Origin: Magnetococcales bacterium DCbin4
GTDB taxonomy: Bacteria; Pseudomonadota; Magnetococcia; Magnetococcales; UBA8363
DNA length: 64,000 bases
NCBI GenBank assembly: GCA_002753735.1
Contig: PEAN01000005.1
Location: 26,651-90,650 of the forward strand
Direction: 5' to 3'
The first letter of the stretch is position 1. Each line of letters begins with the position of its first letter. Positions 51,024-63,000 of the stretch are shown here, one piece after another. The notes beneath the pieces were generated by a model. The model ran no database searches, was not told where the DNA came from, and worked only from the letters and a program-made list of their open reading frames with translations. The translations under genes were made by a program, and so were the position numbers.

Positions 51024-54000
51024 TCACACAAAAGCCCGGCGCAACCGATCCACCTCCCGCTCCCGCCAGAGCGCCAATTGGTTGAACTGTTCCGACAATT
51101 CAAACCGCATCTGCCGCAATACCGGTTTGGGAGCGGGTTGGGGCGTGGGATGGGGACCATTGAATCCCTCCTCCTCCACCGGCACCAAAAATGGTTCGGT
51201 ACCCGTCCCGAGCTGCTCTGGTGCGACCTGTTCGGCATCGGTTCCGGCATCGGTCCCCGTCGGAGGGTTTTCCGAACGCGGTTCCGGAAACCAGGGCATG
51301 AAGGATAATCCCGGCATGAAAAATCCTTTGTTCGGCCCCTGATCAGGGAAAGGACTCCCCAATTGCATCGGCGTCCCTTCGGGACGGCTGGCCACGACCG
51401 CAGCCAATACCGGCGTCACCGAGGCCCCCGGGGCGACACTGCGACCGGCACGTTTGACGGCGTTCAATACCGGCGTCACCACCCCCCCATCTTCCACTCC
51501 GGGAGAGGCGTTCATCACCGCGGTCAACAACGGCGTACCACTGGCATCCAGGGCTACGCTGCGTTCATAACCCCGAACGACGGTCAGAATGGGACTGGAA
51601 GCATACTCGACATCCATTCCCATCAAGGACACACTGCCGCTCGGCGCGGGTGACGGCATGACCTCCATGGGACGTTGACCCATTTTTCCCCACCATTGTT
51701 GCCCGGCATCTTCCAATTGGAAAGAACCCGATGCCACCGTCGGCGTTGATTCCACAACCTGCTCCACCCTGGAAGAAGACTCCACCAGGATCACCGGTCG
51801 CACCGCTGTGACCGGCGGCGTCACCACCGGTGGCGTCACCACCGGTGGATTCACCACTGGCGGCGCAACGACAACCGGCGGTTCGATCACCGGCACCTCT
51901 GCTGGAACCTCCGGCCCGGGATTGACCTGGATGACAAAATCGGTCGTTACGATGAACCCGCCCGAGCTGTCATCGACACTGAAACGAAACCGGTCGGCCC
52001 GGGTCTCACCCTGGTTGCGATAGACGAGACGACCCCGGGTAATATCTTCCTGGGTGAACCGACCCCCGGCGACCAATTCAACCCCTGCCAGGAACAACCG
52101 TCCAAAGTTGGGGGTTTTTTCCAGGTGATAGACCAATTCCCGCTCAACATTGTCCACATCCCAGACGCTCAGTTCCTGCCAACCAATGGTTTTTTCCTCG
52201 CCACGCACCAGGGTAATCCCGGCGTTGATGCCGATTCGGGGTAGATCATTCACCGGTTTGACCGTCACCCGGACCGTAGCGATATCGATACGGCGATCAC
52301 CCGCGTTCAAGGTATAGGTGAATTGATCGGTTCCTTGAAAATCGTGGTTGGGAATGTAAAGGAACGCATGATTGCCCACATAGGCGACGGTGCCATGTGC
52401 CCCTTGAGTAAAGGCAATGATGGTCAAGGCTGGATTCGCCCCATCGCCACGCCATTCGAGATCGCGATCATTGAGCAAAAGATTACCCGTCTGGGTCGGT
52501 TCGTCTTCAAGGAGGATCAGGGCATCCGCCCCCGCTTCCAAACCCTCCTCAATGGGATTGATGATGACAACGGTCGTGAAGGCATAGTTACCGGTCGCAT
52601 CGGTCACCGTATAGGAGAACTGATCAAATCCTGCAAAGTTGGCGTTGGGGATGTAGACGAATTGACCGTTGCCCCGATCCTCCAAGGTGCCGAACCGGGG
52701 TTGGGTGAATCCGACCAGGGTTAAACCCGAATTGGGACCATCCCCATCATGATCGTTGTGCAACAAGGAGGGACCGAGATTAATGAGGACCGGTTCATTG
52801 ATGGCGATGGGATGGTCGGTCGGCGGAAGGATGACATCCATTCCCGGCAGGGGGGTATCGGCCACCGCGGTCACCTGGATCAAAACATCCGCCCCGGTGG
52901 TCGCCTCGGGGACGGTACCGCCATGCCCCTGATCACTGACCAGGAGGTGCAGGGTATCGATACCCGAATAATCATGCGTCCCCTGATAACGCAACGTGGC
53001 CAGGGTTTGGTTGATCAGGTTGACGTTGCCCACCAGGGTCATGGATGCGGTATGATTGCGGCCATTTTGAAACTGCAATCCCGGCAATTCAGAGACACTG
53101 ATGGTTCCATGTTCCACTGCCAGGCGAACCAGGATCGATCCCGAACCGATTTCGGGATCGCCGACCACAAACCCGGGCAACGGGGTATCCACATCTTCCA
53201 GCACCGAAAAGGGTTCCGGGACGGTCAGGACCGGAGGTTCATTGACCGGGGTGATGGTGATGGCACATGCCCGTTCAAGCAAACCGCTCCCCTGACCATC
53301 CTGCACCTCGAAGCGGAATTCATCCGCCAAGGTTTCACTGCCATCATGGCGATAATCGATCCGGCCCGCGATCAAATCGGCCTGGGTAAAGGTCTGCCCC
53401 ACCCCCAGAACGATTCCACTGCGATACAACCCGCCATGAACCGGGATGGATGCGAGGCGATAAAGGATGGCATCCGGTCCCGATTCGGCATCGACGACAG
53501 ACAAGGCAGTCGGCGAAAGTAACCCGCTCCCACCCTCGGCGACGGTCAATCCGGTATTGGCCAGGAGACGCGGGGCATCATTGACCGCGGTGACCGTTAC
53601 CGCCACCGATTGATTCAAAAGAAAACCACCTGCCCCATCGGTGACGGTCACCACAAAGGGATCATTGATCGACTCACCCCCATCGTGGGTATAAATGACA
53701 CGATGATGGTTGATATCCTCCTGGGTGAACATCCCCCCGGAAGTCACGGCCAATCCATTCACGGTGATCACACCATGGCTCGGCGCGGTTGCCAACACAA
53801 AGCTGACTTGGGCTGCGGATTGTTCCACATCCCTGGCCTCGAACATGTGCCGGGTCAAAACCACCCGGCCCCCCTCTTCAAGGCTCATCCCGGTATTGCT
53901 GACCATGACGGGGGCATCATTGTCCGGGGTGACCTCGATCACCACCCATACATGATCCAACCTGCGATCCCCGGTACTCAGGGCATAGGAAAAATGGTCC

Positions 54001-57000
54001 AGACCGTGGTAATCGGCCATCGGGGTATAGGTGAACCGACCATCCCCGCGATAGACGAGGGAACCGAACGCGGTCGGCGTGAAACCGATGATGTTCAAGG
54101 CGGGGTTACGGCCATCGGGCAAATCATCGGGATCGCGATCATTGGCCAACAGATTGACCGTGGTGATGGATCCATCCTCCAGCAGGCGGACATGATCATC
54201 CCCGGGACTCAAGGTATCCATCAAGGGGGCGACCACGATGCGAACCAGGGCGGTGGCCGTCCCCCCTTGAACGTTGACAATGGAATAGGTGAACTGATCG
54301 ATCCCATTGAATTGGGCTTCCGGCGTATACACCAGGGAAGACCCCGTCCGGACCAGGCTGCCATGGGCGGGTTGGGTGAAGTTGGTGAAGGAAAAGGAAA
54401 GGCCATCGGGATCGTTGTCATTGGCCAGGAGATCGGTGGCCAGTGCCAGGGTGATGGCGGTATCTTCAGCGGTGGAAAAAGCATCCATCCCCGCATTCGG
54501 GCTGTCGGCCACCGGGTTGATGACGATCAACACTTCTCCAACCGCAACCTTGGCGCCTCCCAGTCCGCTGGCACCCCCATCGTTGGCCACCAGGACCAGT
54601 TGATCCAAACCTTGAAAATCGGCCCGACCCCGGTACATGATCTGGGACAGCGCCGCATTGACCTGGGCCAGAGTGCCGGAAAACGTCCATGAGCCGGTCC
54701 CATTGCCACCGGCAACGGAAACCAGGGACGTGGTGGATGGCAACGTCAGGGTGCCGTGGGCGACGGACAGGCTGACCTGTATGACACCGACCCCAACGTC
54801 GGTATCGGCCAGCCGGACGCCGGTGATGGTCACCGCCTGGTCTTCATCGACCGTCTGCCCCCCGGGCAAACTCCAAACGGGGCTGTCATTATCGGGACTG
54901 ATATCGATATTCAAGGAGGAAGAAGCGGTCACGGCTCCCTGGGGATCGGTGACATGAACATTGAAACTGTCGTGAATGGTATCGCTGCCATCATGGCGAT
55001 AGACCACCCGACCCGCATCGATCTCCGCCTGGGTGAACCGTCCACCCAAACTTAAGACCACACCATCCCGCAACAATTGACCATGGATTGGCAAGGCATC
55101 CAGGACATGATCAAGGGTCGCCGCCCCCCCTTCGGTATCGGTGGCGGCGAGATGGCTGGTGCCAAGGGTCACCTGGCCCCCCTCGACCAGTTGCAACACC
55201 CCAAGGGTCAAGGATGGGGTATCGTTGAATGGCGAAACGGTCAGGTTGAAGGTGGTCTCCAACATCGTGCCGCCCACCCCGTCGGCGGCGGTCACACTGA
55301 ATTGATCGGTCAGCGTTTCGGAACCGTCGTGACGATAGACCAACCGGTGTTGCACCACATCTTCCCGGGTCCAGGTTTGACCCGAAGCCAGCGCCACCCC
55401 GTTCAATTCCAGGGTTCCATGAATGGGCGTATTGACCAGGGTCAAGGTGATCTGGGCCGAGGTTTGTTCCGGATCCGTCACCGCCAACAGGGCCGGGGTC
55501 AACGTCACAGTTCCCCCTTCAAGCACCATGCCCCCCGCCGGGGTCACCATTGAAGGGGAATCGTTTTGACCATTGACGGTCAGGGTAACGGTTCCAATGT
55601 CAATACGGGCATCTCCGGTATTGAGGATATAGGTGAACGAATCACTGCCGTCAAAATCGGTATCGGGGGTGTAGGTGAACTGACCGTTGCCCAGGTGGAT
55701 CACCTGGCCATGAGACGGGTCGGTGAAACCGATCACCTGAAGCAAAGGATTGAGGCCATCTGGGAGAAAATCGGGATCCCGATCATTGCCCAATACCGAA
55801 ACATTGACCGCCATCTCTTCCATCGTTACGGCAGAATCATTCACTGCGATGAGACTGTCGGGGACCGGATTGACGACGATGGTCACCACCGCAAGATCGG
55901 TATTGCCGTGACCATCGTCCACCGTATAGGAGAACGTATCCAGGCCATGATAATTTTGACTGGAGAGATAGGTCAGCGTTCCATTGCCGTTGTCCACCAG
56001 GGAACCATGGGACGGGAGGGTGAAAGAAACCAACGTCAGGGAATCACCATCGACATCGACATCATTGGCCAAAAGATCGGTCGCCACGGAGATGAGTGTG
56101 GGAATGTCTTCCAGGGCCATGGTGGTATCGATCCCCGTTACCGGGAGATCCTGAAGCGGATTGATGGTGATGCCAAGGGAAACCGAGGTCGTCTTGATGC
56201 CACCACTGCCACTCCCCCCCAGATCATTGGCCACGAGGGTCAGGCTGTCGCTGCCGAAATCGTTGGCATCGGGTTGATAGGTCATGCCGTTCAAAGCATC
56301 GTTCAGGGCGGTGAGCGACCCGGAAAAGGTCATGGTGGCACTGCCATCACCGCCGGAAATGAAATTCAATCCGGTGGTGGTCCCGAGGAGAATCACCCCA
56401 TGATTCACCGCCATGGCCAACTGCATGGTTCCCGCCCCCAGATCGGCATCGGCGACGGAGATTCCCGCCAGGATCAAGGTCAGATCCTCATCAACCGTCC
56501 TGGGACCGGGAATGGTCACCACCGGGGCATCATTGAGGGCGGTCACCGCCACCGAGGCGGTCACCACGACACTGGTGAGCTGGCCATCGTCGATACTGAA
56601 TTGAATCTGGCGGGTGGAAGCCTGAGGCGTATCTCCCTGATCGTTGACATAGCGTACGGAACGAAGTGCCGTTTGATAATTGGCAACCGTATCGGAACCC
56701 GTCAACGTCAATGTCCCGGTCACCCCATCCCAACTGCCTGAAATCCCTCCCTGGTTGACGAAGACCAACCGGTCTTCGCCGACGACATGATTGCTGGAAA
56801 TGACAACGGTCGCCCCCTGCAACAGGGTATTGTCGGCATCGGTGACGGTCAGGGAGGCATCGATGATGGCGGCGGTATCATTTTCCTGGTAGGCGAGTGC
56901 CCCCCCGGCAACCATGATCGGACGATCATTGACCGCCTGCACGGTCACGGTCGATGAACTGACGGGACTGGTTTCAAAAAGATCGGTAACGCGCCATTCC

Positions 57001-60000
57001 AGGGTACGGACCCCGGCGGTCGGGGCATCACCTGCCGCATTGCCATAAGTGACGCTGCGCAAGGCGGTTTGATAATCGGCAAGCGTCGCGACACCACTTA
57101 AAGAGAGGATTCCGGTTCCGGCATTCCAGACGCCGGTGATGGCGGCGGTATTGACAAACCCCAACAGATCCTCTCCCGCCTGATAGCCCGTCGCAATGGT
57201 CACCTGGGCGCCCGTCAGGGTGGTCCCATCCGCATCGTTCAGGGTCAACGCACCATCGGCACTGGAAGCCGTATCCCCTTCAACAAACATTTTGGCCCCG
57301 CCGGCAGTCACCGTGAGGGGATCATTGACGGGGGTCACCGTGATGACAAATGGCGTTTCAGCGAAGCTCCCCCCCTGGCCGTCACTGACGGTAAACTTGA
57401 AACTGTCACTCAAGGTATCGCTGCCATTGTGGAGATAATCGATCCGGGATGCCGCCAGTTCGGCCTGGGTCAAGGTCTGCCCCACGCTCAAGGCAACCCC
57501 GTCACGGCGCAACGACCCATGGGTTGGAATCGTCGTCAGGGTATATACGATGGCATTGGTCGCCGATTCGGCATCGGTCACGGTCAACATGGCGGGCGTC
57601 AGCACCACATTGGCACCTTCAGCGACACTCACACCGGTATTGATCGCCAATTGTGGGGCATCGTTGACGGCTGTCACCGATACGGCAACCGTCTGGTTCA
57701 GTAAAAACCCCCCCACACCGTCGCTGACGGTCAGCACAAAAGGATCGCTGGTGGTTTCCCCTCCATCGTGGGTATAGGTCAGGCGATGGTTATCAATGGC
57801 ATCCTGGCTGAACATCGCTCCCATCGCCAACGCCACCCCATCCAGGGCCAAGGTGCCGTGGGAGGGTGCCGTCGCCAGAATGAATTGCACCTGGGTACTC
57901 GATTGTTCCGCATCCTGCGCTTTGAGCATCAGGTTGGTCAGGACCACCTGGCCCCCTTCGTTCAGGCTTAAACCGGTATTGGTTGTCAATTGCGGGTTGT
58001 CATTGACCGCCGTGACGGTCATGGTCACCGTCGCGGTACCGGTTCTCAGATCACCCGCACTCAACGTATAGGAAAAACCATCGATGCCATTAAAATCGGC
58101 ATTGGGGACATAATTGAACTGACCGCCGCCCAAATAGGTCAACGTACCGAACGCGGCAGGGCTGAAACCGATGATGGAGAGGGCGGGATTGATCCCATCG
58201 GGAAGAAAATCGGGATCACGATCATTATCCAGCAGGTTGCCGGTGGTCAGCGATCCATCTTCAAGGAGACTCACCGCATCATCCCCGGGATTCAAGGTAT
58301 CGGCCAAGGGTGCAACGATGAGGTTGACCGTCGCAGTCGCGGTTTCACCACGGGCATTGACCACCGAATAGGTGAACGAATCGACACCGTTGTATTGGGC
58401 GGTGGGGGTATAGACCAGGGTGGCCCCGACCTGAACCACGGTACCCCGGGTGGGTTGGGTGAAACTGGAAAAGGTCAGCACACCGCCATCGGGATCGACA
58501 TCGTTGAGCATCAACCCGGTGGCAATCTCCATGGTCAGGGGGGTATCTTCCGCCGTGACAAAGGGATCGTTCCCCATACTCGGGAGGTCATTGACCGGTT
58601 GCACCGTCAAGGTGACACTGCCCGCCGTCACCTTGGCGCCACCGCTGCCGGAACCGCCACCATCATTGGCGGAGAGGATCAATGAATCAGAACCATTGTA
58701 GTTCGCCTGTCCATGATAGATGACATGGGCCAGGGCGGTCGTCACATTGGCCAAAGTCCCCGAAATGGTCCAGGTCGTCGTGCCATTGCCGCCGGAAACA
58801 AACGTCAATCCCGTCGTCGTGGTCAAGGTCAGGATCCCATGGGCAACCGTCGCCGTGACCTGAATGGACGCCGCCCCGAGATCGGCATCGGCCAGGCTGA
58901 TTCCGGTCACGTCAAAATCCTGGTCTTCATTGGGCGTCCGGGCACCGGGCAACGTCCAGACCGGGGCATCGTTGACCGGATTGATGGTGATCCCCTGGAC
59001 CGTCGTCGCCACCGATCCCCCCTGAGAATCATCGATATGGATGCTGAAACCGTCGGTCGTGGTTTCGCTCCCCCCATGACGATAGACCAGACCGCCGGCA
59101 TCGATGTCCGCCTGTGTCACCTGTCCCCCCAACCCCAACGCGACCCCGTTGAACAGAAGCGTTCCTGAAACCGGCAAGGCATCCAAGGTATACACCAGTG
59201 CGGTTGCCCCCTCCTCGGCATCGGTTGCCGCCAGGTGGGCACTGCTCAAGGTCACGTCCCCCCCTTCATCGACCGTGACCCCCCCCTGCACCAAAACCGG
59301 ATCGTCATTGGAAGGAATCACCGTCAAGGAGAACAGCGTTGCCAAAAGTGACCCCCCAACCCCGTCGGCGGCGGTCACAATGAAACTGTCGGCGATGGTT
59401 TCCGAACCGTCATGGCGATAGAGCAACCGGTTTTGATCCATGTCATCCTGGGTCCAGCTCTGCCCCGCCGTCAGGCTCACACCATTCAATTCCAGGTTGC
59501 CACGCACCGGTGCGGTGACCAGGGTGAGGGTGATCTGGGTTGCCGCCTGTTCCGCATCGGTCAAACGTAAAAAAACCGGGGAGAGCGTCACCGACGCCCC
59601 TTCGACCACCGCAGCCCCCGTATTGACCGCAACCACGGGCGCATCATTGAGATTGTTGACGGTCAGCGTCACCGTCCCAATGTCCATGCGGGCATCTCCC
59701 GCATTGAGGGTGTAGGTGAAGGAATCGGCCCCGGCATAATCGATGTCCGGGGTATAGGTGAACACCCCATTGCCCAAATGGATCACCTGGCCATGGGCGG
59801 GATCGGTGAAACCGATGACAGCGAGCGCCGGGTTCAATCCATCGGGAAGGAAATCGGGGTCCCGGTCATTGTCCAAGACTGAAATCGTGACTGCGACTTC
59901 TTCGTTGGTGGTCGCCGTATCAGCGATTGCCTGAAGGCTGTCGGGTACGGCGTTGACGACGATGGTGACGGTTGCCTGACTGGTATTGCCATGGCCATCA

Positions 60001-63000
60001 TTCACGGTATAGGTAAACGAATCGGTCCCATGATAGTTGTTGCTCGAAAGATAGGTCAGGGTACCATTACCGTTATCCACCAGGGTGCCATGGGTTGGAT
60101 TGGTCAAGGAGACCAGGGTCAGCACATCGCCATCGGCATCGGTGTCATTGGCCAACAATTCGGTGGCGATGGTCAATATTTCAGGCACATCCTCAAACGC
60201 GGTCGTCGCATCGATCCCCGCAACCGGGACATCCTGAACCGCGGTGACCGTGATCCCATAGGTGACCGAAGCGGTTTTGGCTCCGCCGGTACCGGAGCCA
60301 CCCAGATCATTGGCCACCAGAATCAGACCATCCGCTCCGAAATAATGACCATTGGGTTGATAGACCATGCCATTCAAGGCATTGTTGATGGCCGATACCG
60401 TCCCGGTCACCGTCATGGTGGCACTGCCATTGGCCCCCGCGGTGAAACTCAAACCGGTGGTGGTCGCCAGGGAGAGGATTCCCTGATTCACCGACAACGC
60501 CAATTGCATCGTCCCCGCTCCGACATCGACATCGGCCACCGAAATACCGGTCAAGGTGAGGCTTTGATCTTCATTCACCGTCCCGGCGGCGGGCACGGTG
60601 ATCACCGGGGCATCATTGACCGCCGTCACGTTGATCGAGGCTTGAACCGCAACACTCGTCAGCGTGCCATCGGTCACACTGTATTGCACCGTGCGGGTGG
60701 AGACCTGGGGGGTATCGCCATCATCGTTGATATAACGGACCGAACGCAGTGCCGTCTGATAATTGGCGAGGGTCGCGGGACCCGACAAAGTCAGGATGCC
60801 CGTCACCCCATCCCAAAGGCCGGAGATCCCTGACTGATTGACAAACACCAGGCGATCCTCGCCCGTGACAAAATTGCCGGTGATGGCAACCGTAGCCCCT
60901 TGCAAGGTCGTGTTGTCGGCATCAGTGACCGTCAGGGTGGCATCGACAATGGCAGCGGCGTCATTCTCCTGATCATTGAGAACCGCCGAGGCGGTCATCA
61001 CCGGACGGTCATTGACCGCCTGCACCGTGATGGTGGATTGACTGGCGGGACTGGTTCCGAAGGCATTGGTCGCCGTCCAGGACAAGGTCCGCACCCCGGC
61101 GGTGGGATTGTCACCTGCGCTGTTGGAATAAGTGATGCTTCGCAGGGCGGTCTGATAATCGGCGACGGTGGCGGAACCACTCAAGGTCAAAATGCCGGTC
61201 CCTGCATTCCAGGAGCCGGTAATGGCGGCCGTATTGACAAAACTCAATAAATCCTGTCCCGAGACATAACCCGCCGTGATCGCCACCTGTCCCCCTGTCA
61301 GGTTGCCCCCTTCGTCGTTGGCCAACGTCAACGCCCCATCGGCACTGGTGGCGGCATCACCTTCAGTAAAGGTCAATGCCCCCCCCGCCGTCACTGCCAG
61401 GGGATCGATGACGTTGTAGACGGTAATGGCGACGCTACCACTGGCGGTGCCACCGGTGCTGTCGGTGACGCCGATGTTCAACGTATCGGAACCATAAAAA
61501 TTGGTGTTGCCCCGGTAGGTCAGGGCATTGGTTCCCGCCAGCGTGGCATTCAATTGCGCCAGGGTTCCAACCAGGGTCACGGTTGCCGTGCCATTGCCCG
61601 TCACCCCTCCGGCGCCAACCCCCCCCGCAACGGCGGTATTCACCGTCAGGACACCACTGGTCACCGTCAACGTCACCGTTTCATTGCCCGTGGCATCGAC
61701 ATCGGTGATCGACAACCCGGGAATGGCAATATCCTCCTCTTCCATCCCCCGGACCGCATCGGTCGAACTCCAGGTGGCGGCAGTGATCGTGCCATCGGCG
61801 GAACCAGCGTCATCGGTGACGGTTGTTCCGCTTCCTTCGTCCAAAGGCCAATAACCCGACAAACCCGCCTCATTGCCCACCAGTGCCCGGCTCATGAAGT
61901 CTTGAATATTGGTCTGTGAACGGACCGTACTCCAGACGCGCACATCGGCCAGACTTCCTCGCAAATCATTGGCAAGATTGGAACGCGCCCCCAGATAAAA
62001 CCCCGTTTGCGCATCATGGACCCCCGGTTGACTCACCTGGCGTTCCAACTGCCCGTTGACGTAGACCGAGGTATTGGTGCCATCAAAGGTGAATGCCAGG
62101 TGATACCATTGTCCTGCGGTCCAGGAAGTGGTCGTGGAGACGGCGGTGTCATAACTGGGCCCGCCAATTTTGGTAAAGACTCCGATCTCGCCACCGCCAT
62201 TTTTGTTGAAACTGATATGGGGCCGGCCGGTTCCCGAATCACAATAAAGGAGATCCTGCCGGGCGCTGGCGCTGGTGAGATTCGTATCGGGCCGCCACCA
62301 CATTTCGATGGTGAAGGCGCTGGTCGGAAAGACAAAGGTCGGACTGCGGATATAATCGTTGTTGCCGTCGAACACCACCTGGTCCCCGGTGGCAACGTTG
62401 ATCTGCGGCGCATCGATCACCTCGGTCACCGTGAGTGCCGCCGTATCGGTCCCGGTACTGAAGGCGGTCGCCCCCCCATTGCTGGATACATCCACCTTGG
62501 TCCCTGTCGCACCGCTGGTTTGATCCCAGGCGCGATAGGTCAATCCGGCGCTCTCGCCATGCAATCCGTCGGGGACGAAACGAACCTTGTCGGTATCCCG
62601 CAGCAGCAGCGCCGAAGTCCCTGAAACCGCCCCCACCGATTGCCAACCGCCACCCGTATCATACTGCCAGGAACCATACGTGCCACTGACGGCCGTAATG
62701 GCAATCCCCTCGCTGGGGGTCGGTGAGGTATCGACATCGGTGATGGCGCTGCCGGCAAACGAGGCGACGGTTTGGCCGGCGTTGGTGGTATCGTTTTCGG
62801 TGATTGTGGTCAAGGTCGGTGCCGCTGCCGTCAACGTCGGGGCATCCTGGGCGGGGGCCATGGTGATGGTGACCGTCGCGGCACTGGAATCGGCGGTGCC
62901 GTCATTGACGGTAAAATTCCAGGTCGCCGTGCCATCAAAATTGGCCACCGGAACGAACACGACCCGGCGCAAGGCATCACTGGCGGTCAAAATCTGGGTA

